Shown here: in pieces, positions 22,575 to 35,773 of the stretch
Layout: each line of letters starts with the position of its first letter
Numbering within the stretch: the stretch's first letter is position 1
Assembly: GCA_043228905.1 (NCBI GenBank)
Contig: JBHGNT010000007.1
Span: forward strand, 5,580,001 to 5,644,000
Direction of reading: 5' to 3'
DNA from: Azolla caroliniana
Lineage: Eukaryota; Plantae; Polypodiophyta
DNA: 64,000 nt
Notes under the pieces: generated by a model
The model's input: the letters and a program-made list of their open reading frames with translations, nothing else
Databases searched by the model: none
Told to the model about the DNA's origin: nothing
Translations under genes and position numbers: made by a program

Positions 22575-25500
22575 TGTTACGGGCATGACCATATAATATC
22601 CCGTGGTGAGAATTGTCGTAGTATTCTATACACGTGGATAAGTGTGAGGGTTAAACAAAGAGTCTAAAGAAGGGGAGGATTACTTTTAATCCTCGGGATT
22701 GAGACAACCCATGAGGCCAAGTGTGAACATGGCTGGGGGCCTTGAGAATTACTATAAATAAGAGGCCTAGCTACCCTCATTTGGGGCATGCATTGACTAC
22801 GTCGAGACTCTGTCCGTGAGTGGAACGACTCTTGTAGCAAGCGCGCTATTGTCCAGGTACGACTCGACGCCAAGGCGGTGGTATGGGACGCCGATCGAGG
22901 CTCGAGTCCGTCTCGATCCCTTCGCTCGGGGGTGGTCGGGTGGATCGGCACCCTTCTTTCTCTCTTTTCTCTCTATTCTTTCTAGATCTATCATTGATAT
23001 ATCCTTATTTTATGCTTACTTTAGTACCTAATCTCTAATATTTGGTATCGGAGCCTATGTACTAACGTTTCTTTTGGTTTTCTTTTTGTCTTCGCGTGGG
23101 ATGGCGATTGATCGTTGTGCGGTCGCCTTCATGCAGACAAGGATTAGCGAAAGAACTTCGGTAAATTTTCCTTAATTTTTTATCTAATTTTTTCTTCTCC
23201 CTTCTATACATGTGTATACTTAATATGTAGTTTTTTTTTCATATATTCAATGATGTTGACGTGGTATTTAATTGGTTATCTTAAACGTTTACATATGTCC
23301 ACGAGGTCAATACCTCGTTTGACATATAAATCATATGTGATGAGTGTCGTATGCGTACGAGGTTACTACCTCAATTGCGTATTACGTTCACGAACATATG
23401 TTACGTTCGCGTACGAGGTCAATACCTCGATTCGTTCGAAATGATATGCGTTGGATTTACTATGCGTAAGAGGTCAATACCTCAATTGCGAATTACGCTT
23501 AACCTTATTTTCGGATGTTTCGTGTGCGTAGAGGTATATGCCTCGATTACGTATCCCGAATACATCATTGTTGGCTATATAAAAAAAAACGATTCATTTA
23601 GTATACGCATATGTGGTCACTTATATACGTCTCTGATCGTATATATGTGATATATTGACATATGTGTATATTTTAGATTACGTGATTCATATCAAATGTT
23701 TTCCTAATTGGGGAGAGGATTTTGGTGGCCGTCCTCACATTTTTGTGAGAATGGCGTTGTCACCATCCCTTTTATCAACAATTTTTATTGTTGAAATTCC
23801 CGTTGGTCACTTTGATCTTTCGTTACGTAACGAACCTCGTATAGCCAAAATGATGTTGAATACGTCGGGCTTGATCCACATCAAGTAGGGTCGCTCTAAT
23901 GACACACGTATCCAACATCTCCCCTCGTTACATGGATACAATGCCACCATGAGCTCATTCTTACGATCGCCATTCGTAATGACGTGACCATGTGATGGGC
24001 CACATGAGCCTACGAAGACACAAGGGCTCATTCGGCTTGACCATTAGGTTACACTTTGGCATATGCCATTGTACTTACGAGGCTTGAGGGTAGGTAGCGT
24101 ACAACCATAGTGGGTAATAAATGAGGGAGAAATAAGGCCACTTGACCTATATGTTTCTTTTAAAAAAACATATAGGGGCAAATGCCTCGCATATCTCGAA
24201 TACGCCTCAAACATTAAACATTCAAGACGCGCAATCTACTTGGTTGGCTCAAGTGTTTAATGTATTTGTCCTCGAGGTCTCGAGTTCAAATATGACCAAC
24301 ACCATACAACATCGTTGATACATATGACTATAATACATGTTTAGACTTTAGGTCTAAGTGCACTTCGGGGTCCTCGTAATAGGACTTAAAGAGCCGAAAC
24401 CACATATGTGGGCACAGAAACATAGTTATTGTTAACATTTTTTTCGTGTATAAACTATTCATGACGCGAACATACATGGTTGAGCCTCGGGGAGCCGCCA
24501 TGAAAAAAATCGATATAGAGATCAGGGAAAGGCATTCATTTGTCACCCCCATGGTTTTTAAAACACCTCTGTGTTACCATAGTAACCTGATCTTGAACCT
24601 CATCTCATACGTCTAGAGGGGTATTGACGTGAGATCATGATATCGATTAATGTTTGCCCATGATATGTTTACACCACGACAAGATGTTATGACTATTTGT
24701 CTGACCTTATCTTATTTCTTTGCCAGAAATAATCATTCAATGGCTCAGAATAACGACCCGATGCCCTCCGCTCAAGCGGAAAGACCTCAAGGAAATCCTC
24801 CTGGGACAATGTCCATTGAGGCGTATATTTTACAAGTACAACATTTCCTTAGTTCAACCGCGCAGCAGTTGACCGAATTTCGGCAATCTCAAAGTGCTCT
24901 CGAGGCACGAGTCATTAGTCTCCAAAATGAGATTAATAGACCTGATGAGCGTCAGGGTGAACCATCATTTGTCGTAAAGCCATTTACGGGAGATAAAAAG
25001 GAAAGAACCGAAGAAGCAATCTGCACGTGGCTGGGCCGATGGGAGTCTCATTTTGAGCTCTATCCCACGCCAGATAGTACGAAGATTGCATATGTCGGCC
25101 GAGAACTAGGGGGTAAGGCCGCCGCTTGGTGGCGTGGGCTCCGAACTTTGGGGAGATTGCCCGAGACCTGGACAGACTTTGTCACAGTTTTCAAGGGTCA
25201 ATTTCTACAACCTCCCTCTCGAACCGAGGCAGCACAAGCTTTAATGAACCTCTCTAGCAGGAAGTTTTCCTTGCTAGAAGACTATGTCCACCATGCTAGA
25301 ACCCAAATCCAAAAATCGGGTCTAGAAGGGGACAATTGGTTAATAGCTTGTTTTGTCAATGGCATCCCCAATTCGGACTATCACTGGATAGTGCACGATA
25401 AGGATCCAAAATCCTTCGAAGAGGCCGTTGAGATAGTTCTTCGCTATCAACGCACTTCGAAGAAGAACCATAACAAACCCAACGAAGCGCCCGGGACTAA

Positions 25501-28500
25501 GCAGTCGCAATTCGTTGGGAAACGCAAGACACCCAACGAATTCATGGATCGCGATTATAAGCGACAACATCCTTTTTGTGTATTCTGCAAAAAGAAGGGT
25601 CATACAAAAGAGCAATGTCGTAAGCTCCAACGAAAAGAGCACGACGCCAAACCTAAAGCTACAGACCATAAAGGTCAGATTCCTAATGTCCTTCAGGTCT
25701 ATACACATCATTTGAGTAATTGTCAATGTTCTTTCCCTCATTATGTATTGGGTCCCAATGATTTACTACGTGCAAACGGGTATATCAATGGATCTCCCGT
25801 ACAATTTTTATTTGATTCGGGAAGCTCACACAATTTTGTGAATGATCATTTGGTACAGATATGGGGAATCCAACCCACCGTAAGTGATCACACCTACACG
25901 GTGCACTTGGCTGATGGAAGACTACAACACATCAACGGGGCGATTCATTCTTTAGGAATTTCTATTGATACCTATATAGAGGAAGTAGACTTCCATGTAA
26001 TGAATCTTAGTACCACCGATGTAATACTGGGTTATCCCTGGTTTTATAATAAAAGCTCTTCTTTATTTATTGATTGGGTTCGCCATTCCATTTCTTTTGT
26101 ACTCAACGATTGTACGCATTTTATTCAATGTGTAACAAAACAATCCCTCTCGATTGTTTCCTCGTGTCCATCAATATCCGAGTTGTCTTGTTCTACGTTA
26201 TTTTATTGTGTACTTGATCCGGACATTCACGTTTACAATATCGATAATGTCTCGGGTCAATTAACATATTTTGAACAAAAACAACTTGATGAAATCGTAA
26301 ACGATTTTCGTGATGTTTTTCCGAGTGAACTACCCGATGGTTTACCTCCTAAACGTAATATAGACCATCGTATAGATATTGTACCTGGCATTGCACCCAT
26401 TAGTATACCTCCGTATCGCCTAAGTCGATCTGAAGAGGATGAGGTAGCTAAGCAACTTAAGGACTATTTACGAATGGGTTATATACGTTATAGTAAATCT
26501 CCATGGGGTGCACCAGTTCTCTTGGTTAAAAAGAAAGAGGGCACATGGCGTATGTGTATTAATTACCGACGCTTGAATAAAGTGACGATCAAGAATTCGT
26601 ACCCATTGCCCCGGGCTGACGATCTAATTGACCGTCTCCAGGGAGCTCGGTATTTTACGAAACTTGATCTCCGTACTGGCTACCATCAAATACGAATAAG
26701 TGAGGACGATGTTCCTAAAACAGCATTTCGTACGCGCTACGGCCATTATGAGTTTTTGGTTATGCCTTTTGGTTTGACCAATGCTCCGGCTACATTTCAA
26801 CAAGAAATGAATGACATTTTCCGAGAACAACTTGGAAAATTTGTCGTTATCTTCTTAGATGATATTTTAGTTTATAGCCGTACATTACAAGAACATGCTA
26901 GACATGTCCGCTTTGTTTTACAAATATTGCGTGACAAACAATTTTACGCGAAGATCTCAAAATGTGAGTTCTTCAAGAAATCAATTACTTATCTTGGACA
27001 TCTCATAACCGAACGAGGAGTTGAAATTGATCCTTCTCGCATTGAGAAAATCAAGCTTTGGCCCACTCTTCGGAATATTCGAGAAGTTCGATCATTCCTT
27101 GGTTTTGTGGGGTTTTTGTGAAAGTCTCTTCGTAATTACTCCCAATTGACGACGCCGTTTACTGATCTTTTAAAAGGTCAAACGCGTAAGTCTACAAAAC
27201 CTATTGTGTGGAATGCTACACTAGACCTTGCCTTTAAGGAACTCAAGGACATGGTATGCAAGGCTCCTTCACTTCTTTTACCCGATCCTTCAAAACCTTT
27301 TGAGGTTGAAACCGACGCAAGCGATTATGCTATAGGTGCTGTCTTGTATCAAGATGGTAAACCAATAGCATTCGAGAGTAAGAAACTTGATTCTGCTCAA
27401 TGTCGGTATACCGTTCAAGAAAAGGAATTATTTGCGGTTATACATGCGCTCAAAACATGGCGCCATTATCTTTATGGAAATCGCTTTGTGGTAACTACGG
27501 ACCACGAGTCCTTGAAATATTTTTGTGACCAACAAGACCTGAAAGGTCGTAAGGCACGATGGGCTGATCTCATCCAGGACTTTGATTTTTCCATACGATA
27601 TCGTAAAGGTTCCATGAATACTGTCGCTGATGCACTAAGTCGCATCCGTGAAGTTAACATGCTTAGCTTCACTGAAATAACATTAGATCTTTATGATCAC
27701 CTTCGAGGAAAGTATCCTGATGACAATTATTTTGCAAAATACTGGGCAAGAGTCGAGTCTGGAACAGACACCACCACACCCTCGAAGGAATACTTCCACA
27801 TTGCTAACGGTCTGCTCTACCGTAATGGGAAGGTTTGTGTTCCAGATTTACCTGAGGTCAAAAAGAGAATTCTTTTTGAATGCCATGATGCACCCTCAGC
27901 AGGGCACCCTGGAATACATCGTACACTCGTTCTCATCTCCACTCAATTTTATTGGCCTAAGATGCGTCCTGACATACATAGCTATGTGACTAAATGTCAC
28001 CAATGTCAGGTTAACAAAGCCGAGCGACTTAAAGCCGCAGGACTTTTACATCCCTTGGACATTCCCAATAAGAAGTGGGAAAGTATATCCATGGATTTTA
28101 TTGTTGGCCTTCCTCGCACCCAAAAAGGTCATGATGTCATCTGGGTTGTCGTTGATAGACTAACTAAAATGGCCAGATTTATTGCTACTAAAACCACGGT
28201 AACAGCTCCTGAATTGGCTTACCAATTCGTTGACGAATTGTTTCGTTTTTATGGGTTACCGATGGATATCGTGAGTGACCGAGATCCGAAGTTTACTAGT
28301 GACTTCTGGACGCAAGTCTTTAAGAAGTTAGAAACTACGTTGAGCATGAGCTCCACGGATCATCCTCAATCCGATGGACAGACAGAACGAGTAAATCAAA
28401 TTATTGAGGACATGCTTCGAGCATACGTTGGTGCAAAACCAACAAAATGGGAACGTTACCTCCCAATTTTGGAGTTTGCTTATAACAGCTCCAAGCATAC

Positions 28501-29625
28501 GTCGACGGGATATAGTCCTTTTATGTTGATGTATGGATTTCAGCCACGAGCCCCGATTGATGTTAATATACATCATGATGAGTTGCGAAGTACGCAAAAC
28601 TTTCTTCGGGATATGCAAGATATGTTGCATATTGCACGGGATAATATAAAAACAGCTCAATATAGAGCGCGTTTTTATGCCGATCATCACAGGCAACCTC
28701 GTGTATTCAGCCCTGGACAGAAGGTATTTTTACGTGTACCTCACAATTCTAAGACATTGTCTACGGGTAAGTGCGCTAAGTTAGCCCCACGGTTTTGTGG
28801 ACCTTTTACAGTCCTCAAACGCATTGGATCATCAGCCTATCGTCTCGCTCTTCCCGATGGTGTTGGAATCCATCCAGTCTTTCATGTAAGTCGTCTAAAA
28901 GAACTTCTAGGTTTTGGCGACAATACAGTTACAACTGAAACTCTGGTTACTTCTGAAGATTTATCTTCTAAACCACATGTACCAGAAAGAATTCTCGATG
29001 TTAAAACAAAAAAATTACGTGCTAAGGAAATCCGAGAATTTAAAATAAAATGGATGGATAAATCAATCAAAGATGCCACATGGGAACGCGAAACGACTCT
29101 AAGAACTAACTTCCCTAACTTTCCATTGCAAGAGTGCAATGTTTTAAAGAGGGGGAGTATGTTACGGGCATGACCATATAATATCCCGTGGTGAGAATTG
29201 TCGTAGTATTCTATACACGTGGATAAGTGTGAGGGTTAAACAAAGAGTCTAAAGAAGGGGAGGATTACTTTTAATCCTCGGGATTGAGACAACCCATGAG
29301 GCCAAGTGTGAACATGGCTGGGGGCCTTGAGAATTACTATAAATAAGAGGCCTAGCTACCCTCATTTGGGGCATGCATTGACTACGTCGAGACTCTGTCC
29401 GTGAGTGGAACGACTCTTGTAGCAAGCGCGCTATCGTCCAGGTACGACTCGACGCCAAGGCGGTGGTATGGGACGCCGATCGAGGCTCGAGTCCGTCTCG
29501 ATCCCTTCGCTCGGGGGTGGTCGGGTGGATCGGCACCCTTCTTTCTCTCTTTTCTCTCTATTCTTTCTAGATCTATCATTGATATATCCTTATTTTATGC
29601 TTACTTTAGTACCTAATCTCTAATA
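22575..29625 (+). mobile_element. Element F: Met-primed chromovirus (Tekay/Reina-like)
   Basis: 466-bp LTRs 22575-23040 and 29160-29625 (one difference seen); TSD GTAAC; PBS TGGTATCGGAGCC 23043-23055; PPT AAGAGGGGGAG; ~1.7-kb leader. Confidence 0.94.
24740..29173 (+). pseudogene. gag-pol: F gag-pol single frame with one nonsense codon (TGA 27119-27121)
   Basis: [30 protein letters not shown], integrase core, GPF and chromodomain PERILD...IKW...ATWE; the two ORFs are in the same frame. Confidence 0.93.
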
Positions 29626-29668
29626 GTAACCGCGACTCCCTCGGTTCCGAAAACCGAGAGGATTTTTA

Positions 29669-32600
29669 GAGAGGACTGCCAAGGCGTGGGGCCGCGACAG
29701 TCCGGATGCTCCGGGAAAACCCCACATCTGTACGATAAAACCGTGTACAATAGGTAGGAAATTTTGCTTCTCCGATAGCGGAGCATGTACGATGGTCGGC
29801 ATCGCCGGCCGAGAGAAAACAAAGACGGAGGGGAGACTTCGAGCGTGCGGAGTTCTCGGCCCTGACGAAGAAATCAACGGAGCCGTGGAGGCAGTCTCCT
29901 TCGACGACACCTTGGGAATGCTGGGGAAGGTAGTCGAAGAAGACCTTAACGAAGACCGGACGATACCGGTATGTACCGAAGAAATGTACGAAGTCATCGC
30001 GGACTTCGGTCGAGGGCTCGAGTCGGAACGGACGGCCCGAGTTAGCACCAAGTACAAGACTGTGGACCGGAAGGTGAGGCCAGTTGCGGTGCCCTTACCG
30101 GAGGGCAGCGAATCCCGAATCAAAGGGGTTGCATCGGACCCCAGCTTACGAGATCCGGCCTACATAGGACACACCTTCACCAACGAGACGCTCCGCGAGC
30201 TGAAGGTCGGTGGGGGCGGGTTCCTACTGCCGGTGGAGGAAGACCGGTTTCACAGAATGCTCGGAAGGCACGGGAAAGCCTTCGCATTCTCACCGGAGGA
30301 AATCGGGTGCGTAGACCCGACGATCGTAGAGCCAATGGTGATATTCACGATACCGCATGTACCGTGGAATCTCAAGCCAATTCCGGTTCCGAGAGCTCAC
30401 ATCCCGAAGTTGATGGAGCTGTTGAAGCAGAAAGTTGATATGGGCATTCTCGAGCCGTCGAGCGCCCCGTATTCAAACCGATGGTTTACCGTACCAAAGA
30501 AAAACGGATCTTTGCGCTTCATTCAGGACCTGCAGCCGGTCAATAGAGTGACCATTCGGAACGCAGGGATCGGACCGACCATAGACGAGTTCGCGGAGGC
30601 CTTCGCCGGAAGGTCGATTTACTCGGTCGGTGATCTATACTCAGGGTACGACCAGTTCCAGCTAGCCGTGGAGAGCAGAGACATTACGACGATGCGAACT
30701 CCCCTCGGCCTAGTGCGGATGTGTACGCTGCCGCAAGGAGGGACCAACTCGGTGGCCCACATGGTGAATGCAATGAACAAGGTGCTGAGGGACTGCATCC
30801 CGGACATCACCATGCCGTTTCTAGACGACATCCCGATCAAGGGATGCCCGGTAGAAGAGAAGGACGAGACGATCGGGCCGGACGGATGCCGGCGATTCGT
30901 GGTGACGCACATCGACGACTGCGAGAAGGTGCTGCAAAGGCTAGAGGATGCGAGGCTCACCTTCTCGGGGGAGAAGTCGGCCTTCGGGCAGTCGGAAATC
31001 ATGGTGGTCGGACATTTATGTGGACCATATGGCCGGAAACCGTCTCCGGCAAAGGTAGAAGCCATCTCCGCGATGAAGCCTGATTGCAGCTCGGTCACGG
31101 AAGTACGAAGATTCTTGGGAGCATGCGCCTTCTACCACATATGGATCCCGCATTACGCGCACGTCGCGGAGCCGCTGTACGGATTATTGAAGAAAGGACG
31201 AAGATTCGAATGGCTAGACAAGCACACGGAGTCGGTCCGGAAGCTGAAGGAGGCTCTTTCGGCAGCACCGGCGCTCCGAAAGGCCGTCTACAGGAAGGGC
31301 ACCCCAGTGTACATAACGGTTGACACGAGTCCGACCGGAATCGGGTGGGTCGTCAACCAAGAAGACGAGGACGGCAATCGGTTTCCGATCCGATTCGGCG
31401 CGAAGGTCCTCAGTGAGCGGCAGCGAGGATACGCCCAGGTTAAACGCGAACTCTGGGGTATTGTTTCGGCGGTGAAGGCCGACAAGGACTATCTGATCGG
31501 GACAGAGGTAATCATAGAGACGGATTGCATGCCGATTCTCGGCATGGTTTCCGGATGCGCGACGCCGGACCTGGCAATGCTCAGGTGGATAGCGTACATC
31601 AAGTCCCTGGACCCGGAAATACGACACATTTCCGGGAAAGACAACGCCATGGCCGACATGCTTTCAAGGGCGAGATTCGATGACGAGGGCGGCATGGTTT
31701 CGGAGGACGAAGAGGTCGGCGTGGACTTCTTCGAGGCAGCATACGTAACAACCGGCGGGACGAGCACTCCGGCGCTTAACGACTTCGACGCGAGCAAGTA
31801 CGACGGGGAGTGGCTGCAGATCGGCGGGTTCTTGAGGACAATGGCGCCGGATGCGTCATGGACGAAAGACGAGGCCAACCGGATCCGGAAGAAAGCGTAC
31901 CGGTTCTTTCTCCGGGATGGCTATCTGTGGAAGCACCCGAAGAAGAGGGACGGCGCTCCGCTCCGGGTGGTGGCGATGAAGGAAGAACAGGAGGAGCTGC
32001 TGACGGCCTACCACGACAGCCCTTGGGCCGGACACCGTGGAACTTGGGCCACGTTCGAGAAGATAAAGGAGAAGTACTGGTGGCCGGGACTGTACCGGGA
32101 CGTGCATCGATTAGTGACAACTTGTGAGAGCTGTCAGATGCACTCCGTGGTCCGACACCGGGACGAGCTTCACCCTACGTACCCTCCGACCATCCACTTC
32201 AAATGGATGGTAGATCTGGTGACGATGCCAATGGGGGTAGGACAGATGTGGTACCTGGTCCTAACGCGGGAGGATCTGACGAACCAGGTGGAAGGCCGGG
32301 CCCTTCCGAACAAAACGACCGCGGCCGTATGTCGGTTCCTAATCGAGGACGTGATATGCCGGTACGGGTGCGTCGGGAAGATCGTGGCTGACCGAGGGGA
32401 GTTGGACGCCGAAGAAGCCGCGGAGCTGTTCGACCGGCTGGGAGTCAAGCTCTCGCTCACCACTGCGTACAATCCAGAGGCGAATGGAAAGGTGGAGCGC
32501 GGACACGGACCGATCGTCAAGGCGCTGGTTCGAGCATGCGGAGGCCAAGTCGGTAACTGGCCGCGGCTGCTACCTTATGCTTTGTGGGCAGACCGGACCA

Positions 32601-33119
32601 CGCACAGTTCGGTAACCGGGTACATGCCGACGGAGCTCATGTTCGGCCAGAAGCCGATCATGCCGATGGAACGGACGATCTCCTCGTGGGCAATGGTCGA
32701 CTGGAGGGACGAGATGAGCCGGGAGGAGTTGTTGGCCGCGCGTATACGACAGCTCGAGCGGAGACCGGAGGACGTGGAACTGGCTGCGGAGAAGCTCCGG
32801 GTGGCGAGGACAAAGAACAAAGCCAGGTTCGATCGAAGAAGGTGACTGGGTGCTCGTCTACGACAGCAGCCTCGACAACCAGCACCGAGCTACACGGAAG
32901 TTCGCACGAAGGTGGTTCGGGCCTTACGTGGTACGGAGCGCCAATGACAACGGGACATATCACCTGGCGGAACTAGACGGCACGAGAATGGCGATACCGG
33001 TTGCAGGGAAGCGGATCAAAGCGTTCAAGAAGCGACACGACGACGAGCCAGACCCGGCTCTCCTAGTCAGCAGTGACGAACGATCCGAAAACGAGGAAGA
33101 ACCGACGGGCGAGGAATGA
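29669..33119 (+). CDS. pol: E pol (RT-RH-INT) in the -1 frame relative to gag; frameshift near 32835 separates the GPY-type tail
   Basis: DLYSGYDQ, LPQG, FLDD, TVDTS, H-H-CESC, VADRGE, PEANGKVE, WFGPY; frame open from the gag stop. Confidence 0.9.
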
Positions 33120-33986
33120 AGACGGGCCGGTTTTCTCCGTCCCAACTCTCTTGGCGCATACCGGAGGATGCGCGGTTAGGTGGGGGCGGATGTCGTGAAG
33201 AAAACCGTCCATAAGCGGAATCGGCGCACCAAGGCGTGGGAACCGGTTCTTCACGCGCGCACGCTCCAAGTTGTACATAGAAGCGAATTAGGAGGATAAT
33301 CGGCAGGAACGGGCCCTAACACAAGTGGAGACAAAGACCGCGCGAACAGTCTTTTCGGTCGCGCGCGCGAGCTGAGGAACTGTACGGGTCGGCGGCGTAA
33401 CTACGCGGATGCGTGAAGAACGGAGCGGATCCCTGTTTAAAAGGGACAGGGAATAAAGCTGACATAACGGCCTGCTCATGGGCCTATATAAGGAGCAGGA
33501 AAGAGCTGTTGCAGGATCTCGCGCAGAGAGGACGAAGTGCTGTCGGACCGTTTCTGGACGCTTCTCTCTCTGTTTCCTTCCTTCTTGAGCTCCATAGCTT
33601 TTCTGTGCAGGGTTCCGGGGAGGCTCGCGCTGTTTCGAGGAACGCCCAAGTGCTTCCGGCAGCACCTCCGACTTGCTACCCCTTTGTGCGTCGAAGCGAA
33701 CAAGCATCGGCATCTGTTCGCCGGCCTGTTCGGTTGTAACCAACCTGTGCCCCATCGAGGGTTGTAGTCGTGTTAGCCATTTTTCTTAATATACATATTT
33801 AGTCATTCGCATCTGTCTGTGTCGGTGTCTGTTCGCGTTCTCCGTGCTGAAGGGCCGTGTCCCTGTGTATCCCCGGTCCTGCGTAGCCGGTTCTCTCTCT
33901 TTCTCCTCCCTCGCTTGCTCTTAGGTTCGAGACCCCCGCGGTCCCGCCTCGTTTCCACACGCACTTGCATAATATCTCGACAACAC

Positions 33987-34990
33987 GGTCTTCCATTCGT
34001 CTCCTGGTCGGATCCGTACGAGGTTATATGCTCCCCATAAGTCGATCTTCGTGAAGAACCTGGCACCATTGATCCGTTCTAAAAGACTTGAGATAAGGGG
34101 AAGAGCATACATATTCCTGATTGTAACCTTATTCAGGTCACGGTAATCTACAACAAGACGAAGCGATCCATCCTTTTTCTTGACGAAGAAAATGGGCGCG
34201 CCGGTTGGAGATTTCGAATGCCGGATGAAACCATTTTGCAAATTCTCCTCTATATAGGCCCGAAGGACTTCCAGCTCGCTTGGTGACAAATTGTAGATCG
34301 GTCCCCATGGCGGCTCTTTTCCCGGTTGTAAATCGATGGGGCAATCGTACGGTCGATGATGAGGAAGTGTGTTGGCTTGTACTTTATCGAACACATCGGC
34401 ATAATGACGATACTTCTCGGGAAGTTGAACGGTGGATCCTTCTATAGTGGTGTTGGAGGGGTTTACTGATATTGCAAAGAGGAACATTTCCTCCTTGTGC
34501 CCTTCTTTACGCAACTGACGTAGCGAAATGGTTGCCATCTTCTGAGTTGACCCTTGGGTTTGTCAACACCGGATTTCTCTTGTTCTCCAATCTATGTCTG
34601 GGTTATGTAACTCGAACCACGGTAATCCTAAAACTATGGGATGTTTTGGGATACTAATAATATTAAATGATACTACACATGCTAAGTTATCTACGACAAT
34701 ATTAATGGGCTTTGACTCTTCTATGATATTTCCGGAAGCAATGGGACGTCCATCAATGACTACTACAGAGGCTGGACACTGGAGTTTTCTTAGGGATATC
34801 TTATGAGCTTGAGCAAATTTATTATCCATAAAGCAAGAGTTAGCTTCAGAATCTAGGAGTGCTAGGACATGTACTGGAGGGGTACTTTAAGTACTAACTA
34901 TTACTTGGGCTACGAACACATCACTAACTTGCTTAGAGGGAATGGAACCACTAATGGGCTGCACAGATCTAGGGCTGTCCAACCAAACGG
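33987..34990 (-). pseudogene. pol: Element A pol N-terminus (protease, RT N-half)
   Basis: Matches C 8572-9568 with stops. Confidence 0.9.
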
Positions 34991-35773
34991 CTCCTATTTT
35001 GGCTGGACTTAGTCGTTTAACTCTTCTTCTAACTGACTAAGGACATCAAATTTGTTTGCTAGATCTAGGCTATTAGTACTATTAGGACTATGAGATATCC
35101 CTACTGAAATAGGCTCGGGTTTAGTACAATTAGAACTAGCGACTATTTGGTTTACCTGTCTTCTTGGCCTATGGGGGCAATTTATTGCAATATGTCCTGG
35201 TCCACCGCAGTAAAGACATAATCGATTTGTATAGCGTCACTGCTTTTCTTCTTCGGATAATGGCCCTCAACGACGTGTAGTGTCAATCTCCATCGGAGTC
35301 GGAGTATTGGCTAGAGGCGCATTATATGACTCCCTCGGAAAAGGTCTTGCTACCACTGAGGCGTAGGTGGGCTCTGATCTTGCCCTTGGCATCTGTAGTT
35401 GTCGTTCTGAACGTCGCTCAAAGAGGCGGTTGTCACATCTCACCGCGCGATTGATTGCTTTTGTTAAGGACTTTGGCTCTTCGGGGAAGGTCAAGAGTAA
35501 ATCCTTGACGTCGTTGTGTACACCATAACGGAATTGCTCCATCAACGCTTGATCATCCCAAGGGATATCAGCGGCGAGTAGGCGAAAATCTGCAGCATAT
35601 GCGGAGGCTGGACGATCACCTTGGCGTAATCGCCGAATTTTGTTGATTGCAGTCCTTATGCTGTTAGTATCTCCGAAACATGCTTTAAACTCACCTAGAA
35701 ACTCTTCAAAATTGTTGAGTAATGGGGATTCCTTTTCTAATAGTGGAGCGAACCATGCCAACGTTGAGCCACT

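Larger units (their letters stand above)
20487..29669 (+). pseudogene. gag: E gag-protease ORF, split by F (20487-22574 + 29631-29669)
   Basis: RFDGKDATKYL, CMWCDEVDHIRKDC knuckle, LVDHGSE protease, VILGEP; resumes after the TSD to ...ENREDF-stop. Confidence 0.9.
19651..33982 (+). mobile_element. Element E: autonomous-type tRNA-Trp-primed non-chromovirus Ty3/Gypsy (Phygy-like), interrupted by F
   Basis: 792-bp LTRs 19651-20442 and 33191-33982 (about ten substitutions by eye); TSD ACGC/ACAC; PBS 20447-20464; PR-RT-RH-INT order, no chromodomain. Lineage name is an inference. Confidence 0.92.
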
